Assembly (NCBI RefSeq): GCF_009914755.1
Contig: NC_060926.1
Length of the DNA: 64,000 bases
Direction: 5' to 3' (one strand)
Source: the human T2T-CHM13v2.0 reference genome, Homo sapiens
The position numbers and the translations under genes are program-made. Position 1 is the stretch's first letter, and every line of letters starts with the position of its first letter. Under the pieces are notes generated by a model that was not told where the DNA came from, ran no database searches, and was given only the letters and a program-made list of their open reading frames with translations. Of this stretch, positions 30,781-46,959 are shown piece after piece.

Positions 30781-32462
30781 TTCTGAGATAGAATATGTGG
30801 AAATTTCTTAACTGACCTAGCTAACCTAAAAATTAAGGTACAATGCAACGAGCTAAGTAAAAGGTATTTAGAGACAAGACAAAGTAAAGTGGCCTATATG
30901 ATAATAAGATGACCTGAGGACCACTTGCCAAAGAACTTAATAACTCTTCATGTTAGGAAGAAGTCATTAATATTCAAGATCAATGTTTTTAATATATCTC
31001 ACTTACCCTTTCTAGGATTCAAGGCAGTGTTGCAGGTTAGATTCTAATAATGGAGCCCTTCTTGCACTGTCAATAGTCACTTGGGAACTTTGCATAGCAA
31101 GTAATTTTCCACAACCCTTAGTTTCTCATACCATTTCTTAGAAAAAAACTAATCATAGAAAAAAATTTTATATTGTTAAGATGTCATTATTGAACCATAT
31201 GCACACAAATATACATTAAACATAAGTAATCATATATATAACAAAATTAATGTTATGCAGTAATCTGTTTGATTTTCAACATGCTTTTATAGTTTATAAA
31301 ACATGACCATTTGTATCAGGCTCTATTTCAATGTTTAAAACTTAAAAGATTTTTTAAAAGAATCAAATAACTAAAACAAATTTTAAAATAACATTTTTAT
31401 TAAGTACCTCTGAGAATAAATAGGTAGAATTCATACAAAGTCCAGCGATTCAACAAATTAGTCTTCCGAGGTAGCAAAAAAAGTTTAACTGTATCTACAA
31501 AAAAGAATTAGTAAGGTGAAAGTTAACTTATCAAAATCAGTTGTCAAAACAAACTACTCAATAGTTACTTTAATTGCCTATAGTGGAGAAAACCTTCAAA
31601 GATTTAGACTTATATATATGACCCAAACAGCTTATTCAGGTGATATTTTAAACCTTAAGAATTAGATGTAAGTGTAAGTAAAACTTAAGATTTCATTTTT
31701 ATTTACTAACATTGCTCCTCTACAGGGACAATTTCTCACTTTCTCTGAAGGCACTGACACAGATTTTGGTGATTATTGCTGTATGCTGGGCCATATGTTA
31801 CACGGCAGAGTACAGCATGTGGCAGGCTAATTTGTAGCAATGCAATTTTAGATTTTTGACAATATACACAATATATGAAAACTATCAAGTAACTGAATTT
31901 TACCCTGATGAATTATCTATATATGTCACTTCAAAACCCACCCCCTAAAAACAGACTGCATATAATATTATTAAAAAGTAGTACAACTTATGACTGTTAA
32001 AATGTTATTCTCAATTTATCATGCAAGACCATATTCAGATTCTGTTGCACAGTCTTAAAATTGCCAATTACTGAAAAAAACCATCACAATGGTAATTTTC
32101 CAACCATGAGAAAAGAACAATGTGAAAATACTCTACTGAAAATTGATGAAATTGAAGAGAAAGGCCATTATGAAAGTAAAACTTCCAAATAAAATGCTTT
32201 CTTTCTTTAATCAGTAATCTTCTTGAATGTATCATATACAGTTAGAATCATTGCTTAGGCATCTACCAGGGCATTAGCGATATCTGTGAATTCTCTTTTA
32301 GGTGTAAATTGTTGTTAAAGTGAGGAAAAGAGATCAAATGTTTGTTTCACTCCAATATGATAAAAATTCAATATTCAGTTTTAGAACTGACGATCACAGA
32401 GTTAGTATTAGCTAATCATACCATCACATGCGCAGAGCTCTACTGTTCTATAGTAGTCCACC

Positions 32463-32546
32463 CTTGTCAAACTCTTTAAAAATTCCCTGTTGGCATTGTG
32501 GCATGATTGATAATGCCAGGAGGGAGTTTTTAAAGAGTTTGACAAG
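32463..32546. repeat. 84-bp near-perfect inverted repeat (hairpin)
   Basis: CTTGTCAAACTCTTTAAAAA (32463-32482) is the exact reverse complement of 32527-32546; stem extends to ~37 bp with G-U pairs and one mismatch. Confidence 0.9.
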
Positions 32547-33163
32547 TAATTTATAATTTGAGGTAAGTTTTAGTTAATTTATACCCATATATACACTAAA
32601 ATAAATTTGCAACTCTCCATTTATTTAACAAAGATTTATTAAGCTCCTTTTATGTGTTAGTCATTTCTCTATTCCCAGACATTCAATTCAACCAGATAAA
32701 TGTGGAGCAGGGAAGACAGAATTAAACAAATAATTATAAACTTCCAGTCAGCCATGACAGATTGAACACAATAGTGTATCTCTGCTCCCTCTTGAAAGGC
32801 CACTAAAATGACAGTAAAAAATACACAAACTCACCAAGATAAAGAAAATAGGAGAGAACATACAACAGATAGAAAAAGTCAACAAAATTGAGAAAAATGG
32901 AAAATAGATGGCTAATTGGCCATTAGCTTAGGTTTCAGCCTTCTCCCCTCTGTTGAGTGCTTAGGTAGGGAGGAGAGGCAGATGCTGGGGGAAGTGAAAG
33001 GGAGTGATGAGAAGATAAACCAATTGGTACCTCAGAATTCCACAAAAAGCCTGGGTAAGGCACTAGCTATCTCTGATATCAGACATGTAAGGTGAAACTG
33101 AAGGCAATTAGATTTATTTAAAATCTGTATAAAAAATAATTAGACTTCTCTACTCTACTCTAG

Positions 33164-33232
33164 CCAAGTGGTTTAATTTCTGGAGATGGTGAACCCAAGA
33201 GGCTCTGCTGGGAGACAACAAAAATAATGAAG
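33164..33232 (+). ncRNA. SCHLAP1: SCHLAP1 lncRNA internal exon (69 nt, penultimate exon of some isoforms)
   Basis: Polypyrimidine ctctactctactctAG | CCAAGTGGTTTAATTTC...AATAATGAAG | GTAATG; matches my recollection of SChLAP1 cDNA, where it joins AATTGAACCAGAG (55898). Confidence 0.8.
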
Positions 33233-33667
33233 GTAATGGATGAAATCCTGTATGCTCAATGTAAAAATACTTAGCTCCTTTCACTTTAGCTGCCAGAACA
33301 CTTGTGGTTTTATATTCCATCAGATGGGAAGCTTCTCTTCTCTGAAGAATCTGGAAAGTATATGAGAAAGGTGAGGTTGCCAAAGAAATGGTTTGTCTCA
33401 TCCAGTCCCTCACAGTGAGTCCCAACAGTTGGAAAATTCCACCAGTGAATGCAAAAATTTCAATTTGTCTTGTAGTGTCTCACTTTTAAATATGAATGAA
33501 TGGCCAAAAATCACCAGATACAAGTAGAGGGAATTTCACTTCAAAGACAAGGCCAAAGCAAGGAAATAAGCAAATGAAAATGAACCATGCAGGGACTTGA
33601 AGAAAATTTGAAGCAACTATAAAAAATCTCTTCAGAGACACAGCATTTACAAAACAAGAATAGAATG

Positions 33668-33979
<312 letters not shown>

Positions 33980-35687
33980 TAGTATTCAGAAAACAAAAAA
34001 GGGCCCTTGAAAATTAAAAATAAGATAATAGTATTTCTCAACCTTGGAAGATAAAGTTTAATAAATTACCCATAAAGTAAAACAAACAAAAAACAAAGGG
34101 CACAAAGACAAAGAAAATATTACAAGAAATATGTTTAAACAAAAGAACCATTTCAGAAGATACAAGATGTCTAATAGGAATTCCAGAACAAAAGAACAGA
34201 ATTAATAAAAGAACAGAAATAAGGGGAAACAAGCTTAACAATGAAAGAATATCAGAAATTTCCCCAGAATTGAATGAAGTACATGAGTTTTCAGATTGAA
34301 AGAGCTCAAAGAGTTTTCAATTCAATTAATTAAAACTGACCCACAACAAGATCCTCAATATTAAATTGTAAAACACCAGGAATAAAAGAGATCATAAGAA
34401 GAAACCGCATGACAGAGAAAAAGCAAACATTTTAAAAGATCACACATAAATAATAAAAAATTAGAATGATATAATTCTCAAGACAATAATGGAGCATTGT
34501 CTTTTAAATTCATCTTCAACATGATGGATATGCTAATTACCCTGATTTGATCACCAGACATTACATGTTTCAAAACATCACTATATACCCCATGAATATG
34601 CACAATTAATGACCATTAAAAATAATTTTTTAAAAAGTTGAAGTACAAAGACTTTTGTGTATTTTCTTCACATCAGCAATGTATGCTACGTAATTTGCTT
34701 AAATATAAAATAGAAATAAGCCTCTCTTAAAAAAATAGTTATCCGCAACCTATAGTGTATACTCAACAAAACTATCAAGCAAAGGTGAAAGTAGGATAAA
34801 AAGTTCAGACATTCATTGACTCAGCGATTGATTACAGAGATGCACCCATTCTCAGGAAAGTACTGGAGAACAAGCTCCAGCGAAACGAAGGGTAAAAGCT
34901 GAGAAAAAGGAAGGCATGCAATCCAAGATATGCAGAATTAACACTAGAGAACAGCAAGTTTCAGGGCAATGGAGAAGAGAAGTCCCACGATGACAGTTGT
35001 GCCCCAGGTATAGAGAACAAGCAGTTCAGATCAAAGAAAGACAGGGGGCACCAAGACAGATGTCAAATGTTCCTAAGTGGGGAGAAAAGTATTGCTGAAA
35101 GATAATGGGATATGCCTTACCATACCGAGAGGCATTTTACATAAAGTTTTGGGATGAATTAGAAATAGGTACAAAAGTGATAAACCAACCACATTTTAGA
35201 AGTAAAAGCAAATAACTTATCTCAAGAAAAATAGTAGTAAAAAGGTAAAAGAAATGTAACCAAAATACACTCTGTATCTCAGCAGTAAAGATTATTATGA
35301 GAATGGCGTATACTAAAGGTTATCTAAACAAATGACTATTTTTCAAATTGGCTAGCTGGGAAATGGTAGTGGGGAATATGGAGGAGTGAGTAGAAGAGAT
35401 GTAAATCTTAATTTGTTATAACTGAAAGTCAGTAAGTAATGACTACAGTTTAAAAATTCATGAAATTGCAGGATAAGCCCTTTGAGAGTCATGGGACAAG
35501 GCACTACTATTTCCTTGTAAATAATACAGCACTATTCGACTTTTAAAACCACATGTAAATATTTTTAAATAAAAATTAAAAGAGTATATGCTAATATAAT
35601 TATAATAAATATGAAGGAGAAATATTAGAAATCTTGAGCGATTGCTTAAACTAGCTTTAAGTTGATCCAAGTAATACATTACTTTTC

Positions 35688-36085
35688 TGTTTTAGCTTGG
35701 TTCCCTTTGAGGTGAAAATTGTGTGAAAGAGCTTTGGGAGGGAGAGTTTATGGGAACAACAGTAACAAGAGAGTAAAGGAGTCAAGCCTGGACAAAGGAA
35801 AAAAATAAACTAAGAAGCAATTGTAGTGAATAACTTGCAAGTAGTCTTGGTACTAAGCTAGACCTCCAGAGATGCCCCAGATAAAACAAGGGGCCAGGGC
35901 TTTAACTCCATTGACCAGTCACTGGATGCCAAAGAGGAAGTGTAGCATTGGACATAACATTATGGCAGCTTCCTTTGAAAGAAGAATTCCACTCTGAGCC
36001 ATTAGCCAACAGTCTTAGCTGCTGAAAATGAGTGCCTAGATTCTGATGGGGGGATTTGGAAGGTAGGCAGGAATATTTACCAAAA
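35688..36085 (-). mobile_element. LTR16-type ERVL LTR remnant
   Basis: Degenerate tgttttagcttggttccc... and cattgaccagtcactggatg motifs. Confidence 0.5.
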
Positions 36086-36726
36086 CCCTTCTGTTATTCA
36101 CAGATCAAGTTGCAGAGTTTTATTTGTCAATTTTGGGAAATTTAAAAGCTTTTTCATATTTAAAAAAATACAAATTAAAAACACATTTTGAGATAGTAGA
36201 TAACTTCCAGAGATGGACTACAATTGTTCATTTTCTCCGTAGTGCTACTAAAAGCATACTGGTAACAGTACTTCTGTAAGCTAATCATAAAACGGAATAA
36301 AATTTCTCTTGGAAAATGCATTCAGAGTTCCACCCTTGAATGCATGGGGGGGCATGTCTTTTTTACAATAGCCATTTGCCACAGGAGTGGGAAATTCCAC
36401 TTTTCCTGATGGATATCTATGGGAGCTGCTCCTCCAAAGTCCTGGAAGTAAGAATGTGACAAAATAGGGGAAATAAAGGAGAGAAAAGAGGATTGTAAGC
36501 CATCAGCAGTGCAAAGTTTTCCACCCCTCCTTCTCCTAACTTTCCTGCTTCACCCAAGTAGCAACTGTAAGTTCTTCCAATAACTACCATCACCTGGGTG
36601 AGCTAAGAAGTGGGAAGAGAAGACAATGCCATCAAGTCAGCTTACGTCGTGTGCTGGGCAACATTTAAATGGAAAAGGATAAAAGAGGAGAAACTCTAAA
36701 GTCAGCCAAAACAGAGGGAAGTTCTT

Positions 36727-37002
36727 AACGCAGGAACAGAAAACAGCAAATACTGTATGTTCTCACTCATAAGTGGGAGCTAAATGATAAGAACTTAAGA
36801 ACACAAAGAAGAAAACAACAGACCCTGGGGTCTGCTTGAGGTGGGAGGGTGGGAGGAGGGAGAGGAGCAGGAAAGATAACTACTGAGTACTGAGCTTAAT
36901 ACCTGGGTGATGTAATAATATGTACAACAAACCCCTGTGACATGCATTTATGTAACAAAAGTTCACATGAACTCCTAAATCTAAAATAAAAATTGAAAAA
37001 AG
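36727..37002 (+). mobile_element. 5'-truncated L1PA15/16 3' end
   Basis: L1PA15/16-type 3'UTR; TSD AGAGGGAAGTTCTT (36713-36726, 37003-37016). Confidence 0.85.
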
Positions 37003-40000
37003 AGAGGGAAGTTCTTGACTCTACCAAGCTGAACCCATGTTTATGAGAGATATTTATTGCGTTTTAGCATGTAGTTAGTGAGAGTATAATATGTGGCTGA
37101 CATTATATAAGATGCGAGGAAGGATGCAAGAATAAATCTACTGGATTCAGATATTTGAGCAGGTAGTTAAAATATTGGTGATTGCCTGTGGTAGGAAAAC
37201 TGAACTTACTCTAACCTCACTAAAGAATGTTGAAGGACGTGACTACTTATGTGTACTGGATACACTGTCAGGGGCAGCCTTCAGAGGTACTGATAAAAAA
37301 TTGAAAAGAACAAAATCTCAGAGTAAGCCTGACAGAGAACTATGAAAGAACAGAATGTAAGAGTATGCTCCATGTAACTACTGATGCAAATTCAATATCT
37401 GCTGACTGTTAAAAGTAGAATGATAACAACTATAGCTTTAATTCCATATAAACAGAGCTGAAAACCCACTATATGTTTGTAGCCACTTGCTGGCTACCTG
37501 CATGCATTTGGGGTATTTGGTTTGTTCAACAATAAAATCAGCTAATTCAAAATTTATGAACTGGCATGTTCCTTTGGGTCTTCCCCCCCCCCCAATGCTG
37601 TATCTTTATAGGTATAACTGAACAATAAGAAAATGTATATGCACACTACTTCAAAATATCAAGGACTTTTCATCAATATTCAACTAGGAAATTCATTCTT
37701 CAACATTTAGAACTCCCTTAAGCAGTATAAATCCAATTTTTAGCAAAATGCTATTTCCAACGTGTTTTAAATAGAAAGCAAAATATGTTCTGAATTATCT
37801 TAGAATCAAAGGGCATTTAAAAATATTTATTCAATAAACTATAACACTATGTCCTGAGTATATAAAATCAAGCAATTAGATATTAAAAATAAACATGCTT
37901 AAGATGTATTTTATGTTTAATGGTCCAAAACATTCAAAATGCCTGACTTCAGAGCATCTCTAGAGTTAACAATAGTCCATATAAGTCAAGTTTCCTTCTT
38001 CCAAAATCATAGCTTTGCCTTTTGTTTAATCTGATTCCAATATTTTGCCCTGTCACATTTTCTGCCATTTCAAGACAGGTTTTTGATGGGTTTATCATGG
38101 TTATTTTATTTTGGTCACAAATCATCAATAATTCATTTTCAGTTGATTTATCTTATTTATAAAGTGTCACATCAACTATTACCAAAGTTTAGTATTTGAA
38201 TTCTGATAGCTCTAGTAAATAAAACACTATCTGCCATAGAAGAATTGCTGAGTTCTCATTGGAAGAATTCTCTTTTGATCTAATTGTCTAAATGCAAGGC
38301 CTTTAGACAAGCTCAAATTATAAGAAACTGTTCTTACCCTGAGACAAGTTACATGTATCTCATACTTTGATATTTCAGTATGTAAACAGTACACAATTGT
38401 TTCTCTTTGTTTTATCATATACACTTCATGTATCTGATCATGTATGGTTCAAATACTTATACAAATATCATGCTGCAAAGCAGAGTCTTCCTCTAAAAAG
38501 ATGCTTTAAAAATATGTGTGTAATTGCATGCAATTGTTTATAAAATGACCGTCGTGTCAAGGAGGAAAATGCATATCCATTTTGATACCAGTTGAGTATT
38601 ATACTCTCAGTTATATCAACAGGAGTCTTGTGTTTTGTTACCTAGTAAGAGGCAGGTGGTCTAGCATCCACCCCCTTGAACAACTGGCAGCTTAGTTTAC
38701 ATTTGGCTGAGCAGCTGCTTCCTCCTACTTGAACTAGCATTGCATCACAAAGCACAGTTGTCACTTGTATAACTTGCAACACACTAAGACGAGACCTTAT
38801 TTCCACGCTCAAGTTATCTGCTTTGTTCACTTTTAGTACCATTTGGAGTTTCATCCAGTTCAAATATTTTTCTTTAACAATACCTAGTATTGTTAAAAAT
38901 ACTTAAGCTTTTCTAAACATTGTTAATATGATGACACTTTAATTCTTTTGTATGTTGTTACAGATAATTTAGAACTCTCAAACTTTGAGTTTGACCTCTA
39001 TAAAGACACTAAAAAGGTTTACTGAGAATGAATAAACCAAACACTATGCATTGAGAACTATATACTGCTTACTTAAGGGGTAAACATAATGCAATAAGTT
39101 TCAAAAACTAAACAGTATTTTCCTAGTATTAATTGATTGATCCATCCCTTCTCCTCATGATACAGTGAAATCCTTAGCCACCTGGGAAATGCTTAGATCT
39201 GTGATGAGCTCATACTGACATCTGCTTTCATTGCCTGCTGGATCCCATTCCTGTCTGCTTCAGTATGATCAACTCTTTGTTATCAGGGCTTCTGATAATA
39301 AAGGAAGAAATTGTCTAACTGTCTTTCTCTATCTGCTTCATGTCTACTCTTTTAGTACACATTATTCATCAACTGCATTTCTAAGAAGAACAATATTGTG
39401 GTAATTTGTTGGAAGTTGTTTGCATAAGCAAACCTCTATACTCTTTGAAAAAAGGTACATTCCCTTCATTCATTCCATTTTTAAGCCTTGACCTACATGG
39501 ATGATAACTGAGTAAAATGGCTACTGCAGTTGCCAACTTCCTGGGGATGACCCTGCTATGTTGACAATTTTGTATAGATATTTTTGTAAGGTTTAATATA
39601 GCAGCTGGAGGAGTTTTCTATCTCACTCTAGCTTTTGGCAAGATAAGAACAGAATAGCTTCCAGGCTTGATATAACATGTTTTAAAGTCTCCCTTATTGT
39701 TTATAAGCTTTTGACTTTGGAATCCTCCGGTTTAGACCCTTACACATTACCTTCTGCATCCCAATCCAAGCTCAGGTACCCAAGGTGGTTTTACTATTTA
39801 ACCTTTTGGTAATGGCTTTCCCAAAGGCTGCCTATGCAGAAGCAGAACAATTCTAAAATTGTTTAGACCATGATATTAGCCAAAGTGATGGTTAATTTTA
39901 TTTGGCCTTTTGATAACTCGTTAACTACTATAGTCATGTTTGCTAACACATATTAAAAAATCCATTTGATCAAAATTTGATTATTGGACCAAAATTTATT

Positions 40001-40397
40001 GCTAGATGAGAACCTAGTTAAACTACCCATGTTTGTCCTAAAAAAAAAAAAAAAGGAGAAAAGCATAAAAATAATTTATTTCATTGTCTCCTTTTTTCTC
40101 TTACATAAAAATCAACTGGCTGTCAATCAAGTCAAAGACTGGAAACTTTCTAAGGAAAAAGAAGCATTTGCAAACTGAAATGAAGCACAAATCACTTCAA
40201 TAGCTTAGATTTGTGCTTTGAAAGTGTCAAACTAAACTAATCACTGTAGGAATTGATGGAGTATTAGCTCTGGATTTCAAGTTATTATAATTTTTCAATG
40301 TCTGTCTCACATTTTTGGCTATCTGTCAGATATAATTTCCTTGGAAATCCCATCCTCAGCGTTGGTTCTCTGTTTAGAGCCTCAGGGGAACTGCTAT

Positions 40398-40414
40398 AAA
40401 AATGAATTAGTCCC
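40398..40414 (+). repeat. Left TSD of L1HS (AAAAATGAATTAGTCCC)
   Basis: Identical 17-mer at 46503-46519; AT/AAAA site is an L1 endonuclease-type target. Confidence 0.95.
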
Positions 40415-40423
40415 GATCTCATA

Positions 40424-41321
40424 GAGCCAAGATGGCCGAATAGGAACAGCTCCGGTCTACAGCTCCCAGCGTGAGCGACGCAGAAGACGGTGATTTCTGC
40501 ATTTCCATCTGAGGTACCGGGTTCATCTCACTAGGGAGTGCCAGACAGTGGGCGCAGGCCAGTGTGTGTGCGCACCGTGCGCGAGCCGAAGCAGGGCGAG
40601 GCATTGCCTCACCTGGGAAGCGCAAGGGGTCAGGGAGTTCCCTTTCCGAGTCAAAGAAAGGGGTGACGGACGCACCTGGAAAATCGGGTCACTCCCACCC
40701 GAATATTGCGCTTTTCAGACCGGCTTAAGAAACGGCGCACCATGAGACTATATCCCACACCTGGCTCGGAGGGTCCTACGCCCACGGAATCTCGCTGATT
40801 GCTAGCACAGCAGTCTGAGATCAAACTGCAAGGCGGCAACGAGGCTGGGGGAGGGGCGCCCGCCATTGCCCAGGCTTGCTTAGGTAAACAAAGCAGCCGG
40901 GAAGCTCGAACTGGGTGGAGCCCACCACAGCTCAAGGAGGCCTGCCTGCCTCTGTAGGCTCCACCTCTGGGGGCAGGGCACAGACAAACAAAAAGACAGC
41001 AGTAACCTCTGCAGACTTAAGTGTCCCTGTCTGACAGCTTTGAAGAGAGCAGTGGTTCTCCCAGGAGGCAGCTGGAGATCTGAGAACGGGCAGACTGCCT
41101 CCTCAAGTGGGTCCCTGACTCCTGACCCCCGAGCAGCCTAACTGGGAGGCACCCCCCAGCAGGGGCACACTGACACCTCACACGGCAGGGTATTCCAACA
41201 GACCTGCAGCTGAGGGTCCTGTCTGTTAGAAGGAAAACTAACAACCAGAAAGGACATCTACACCGAAAACCCATCTGTACATCACCATCATCAAAGACCA
41301 AAAGTAGATAAAACCACAAAG
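40424..41321 (+). promoter_or_regulatory. L1HS 5'UTR: CpG-rich internal sense promoter plus antisense promoter
   Basis: YY1 site CAAGATGGCCG 40428-40438 intact; dense CpGs; known L1 splice donor GAG|GTACCG (40514) and acceptor TGACAG (41037). Confidence 0.9.
40651..40866 (-). CDS. ORF0: L1 ORF0 (71 aa, antisense, primate-specific)
   Basis: MAGAPPPASLPPCSLISDCCASNQRD...RCVRHPFL inside the listed 94-aa ORF; ATG at 40866; M42 where I recall V in consensus. Confidence 0.88.
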   Translation of the reverse strand: MAGAPPPASLPPCSLISDCCASNQRDSVGVGPSEPGVGYSLMVRRFLSRSEKRNIRVGVTRFSRCVRHPFL

Positions 41322-42338
41322 ATGGGGAAAAAACAGAACAGAAAAACTGGAAACTCTAAAACGCAGAGCGCCTCTCCTCCTCCAAAGGAACGCAGTTCCT
41401 CACCAGCAACAGAACAAAGCTGGATGGAGAATGATTTTGACGAGCTGAGAGAAGAAGGCTTCAGACGATCAAATTACTCTGAGCTACGGGAGGACATTCA
41501 AACCAAAGGCAAAGAAGTTGAAAACTTTGAAAAAAATTTAGAAGAATGTATAACTAGAATAACCAATACAGAGAAGTGCTTAAAGGAGCTGATGGAGCTG
41601 AAAACCAAGGCTCGAGAACTACGTGAAGAATGCAGAAGCCTCAGGAGCCGATGCGATCAACTGGAAGAAAGGGTATCAGCAATGGAAGATGAAATGAATG
41701 AAATGAAGCGAGAAGGGAAGTTTAGAGAAAAAAGAATAAAAAGAAATGAGCAAAGCCTCCAAGAAATATGGGACTATGTGAAAAGACCAAATCTACGTCT
41801 GATTGGTGTACCTGAAAGTGATGTGGAGAATGGAACCAAGTTGGAAAACACTCTGCAGGATATTATCCAGGAGAACTTCCCCAATCTAGCAAGGCAGGCC
41901 AACGTTCAGATTCAGGAAATACAGAGAACGCCACAAAGATACTCCTCGAGAAGAGCAACTCCAAGACACATAATTGTCAGATTCACCAAAGTTGAAATGA
42001 AGGAAAAAATGTTAAGGGCAGCCAGAGAGAAAGGTCGGGTTACCCTCAAAGGAAAGCCCATCAGACTAACAGCGGATCTCTCGGCAGAAACCCTACAAGC
42101 CAGAAGAGAGTGGGGGCCAATATTCAACATTCTTAAAGAAAAGAATTTTCAACCCAGAATTTCATATCCAGCCAAACTAAGCTTCATAAGTGAAGGAGAA
42201 ATAAAATACTTTATAGACAAGCAAATGTTGAGAGATTTTGTCACCACCAGGCCTGCCCTAAAAGAGCTCCTGAAGGAAGCGCTAAACATGGAAAGGAACA
42301 ACCGGTACCAGCCGCTGCAAAATCATGCCAAAATGTAA
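41322..42338 (+). CDS. L1 ORF1p RNA-binding chaperone, 338 aa
   Basis: Uninterrupted; coiled coil, RRM, CTD with REKG, ARR and YPAKLS motifs; matches recalled L1HS consensus. Confidence 0.98.
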   Translation: MGKKQNRKTGNSKTQSASPPPKERSSSPATEQSWMENDFDELREEGFRRSNYSELREDIQTKGKEVENFEKNLEECITRITNTEKCLKELMELKTKARELREECRSLRSRCDQLEERVSAMEDEMNEMKREGKFREKRIKRNEQSLQEIWDYVKRPNLRLIGVPESDVENGTKLENTLQDIIQENFPNLARQANVQIQEIQRTPQRYSSRRATPRHIIVRFTKVEMKEKMLRAAREKGRVTLKGKPIRLTADLSAETLQARREWGPIFNILKEKNFQPRISYPAKLSFISEGEIKYFIDKQMLRDFVTTRPALKELLKEALNMERNNRYQPLQNHAKM

Positions 42339-42377
42339 AGACCATCGAGACTAGGAAGAAACTGCATCAACTAATGA

Positions 42378-46229
<3,852 letters not shown>

Positions 46230-46431
46230 ACAATGAGATCACATGGACACAGGAAGGGGAATATCACACTCTGGGGACTGTGGTGGGGTCGGGGGAGGGG
46301 GGAGGGATAGCATTGGGAGATATACCTAATGCTAGATGACACATTAGTGGGTGCAGCGCACCAGCATGGCACATGTATACATATGTAACTAACCTGCACA
46401 ATGTGCACATGTACCCTAAAACTTAGAGTAT

Positions 46432-46432
46432 A

Positions 46433-46507
<75 letters not shown>
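46432..46507 (+). terminator. L1 poly(A) signal and homopolymeric A tail
   Basis: AATAAA 46432-46437 followed by an uninterrupted A run 46435-46507 (73 A, last 5 belong to the TSD). Confidence 0.95.
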
Positions 46508-46509
<2 letters not shown>

Positions 46510-46519
46510 AATTAGTCCC
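46503..46519 (+). repeat. Right TSD of L1HS
   Basis: AAAAATGAATTAGTCCC, identical to 40398-40414. Confidence 0.95.
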
Positions 46520-46959
46520 ATGAAAACAGACTATTTATGGGTGTTTTCTGCATGGTATTTGGACTATAGAATAGACATTCTGTAACCTTGACTTGACAGG
46601 AGTACAAAGTGGTAGATGCACAGTGTTGGAGAAGGCAGTGAATATAAACCTACAGAGATGATTCCGCATTGTTCCACCCATCCCAACCCCAACTCAAACA
46701 TTGAGAGGGAAACATGGCTACTATTTTCAGATTACAAGAAAAATAAATTTACTGCCTGCTCGTTTGGAGATCTATAACCTTTATACTTAGACAGTTTTTT
46801 AAAAAGTATAACAGCAATTATTTCTCCCAATTTATTTAATGCCGTTTTTTCATTGCATCCATTAAAATATTTTACTTTTATAAGCAATGATACCAGGAAG
46901 TTATCGTTTGAATAGTCTGCTGGAGGAGTAGGGCAAAGTAGTTAAGATCAATTGTTCTT

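Noticed and set aside
46233-46240. ATGAGATC in the L1 3'UTR is the reverse complement of 8 of the 9 extra 5' bases
   Set aside because: An 8-mer match somewhere in 6 kb on either strand is not unlikely by chance, and there is no adjacent primer complementarity.
46435-46520. 3' transduction carried by this L1
   Set aside because: Poly(A) runs directly into the TSD with no intervening sequence.
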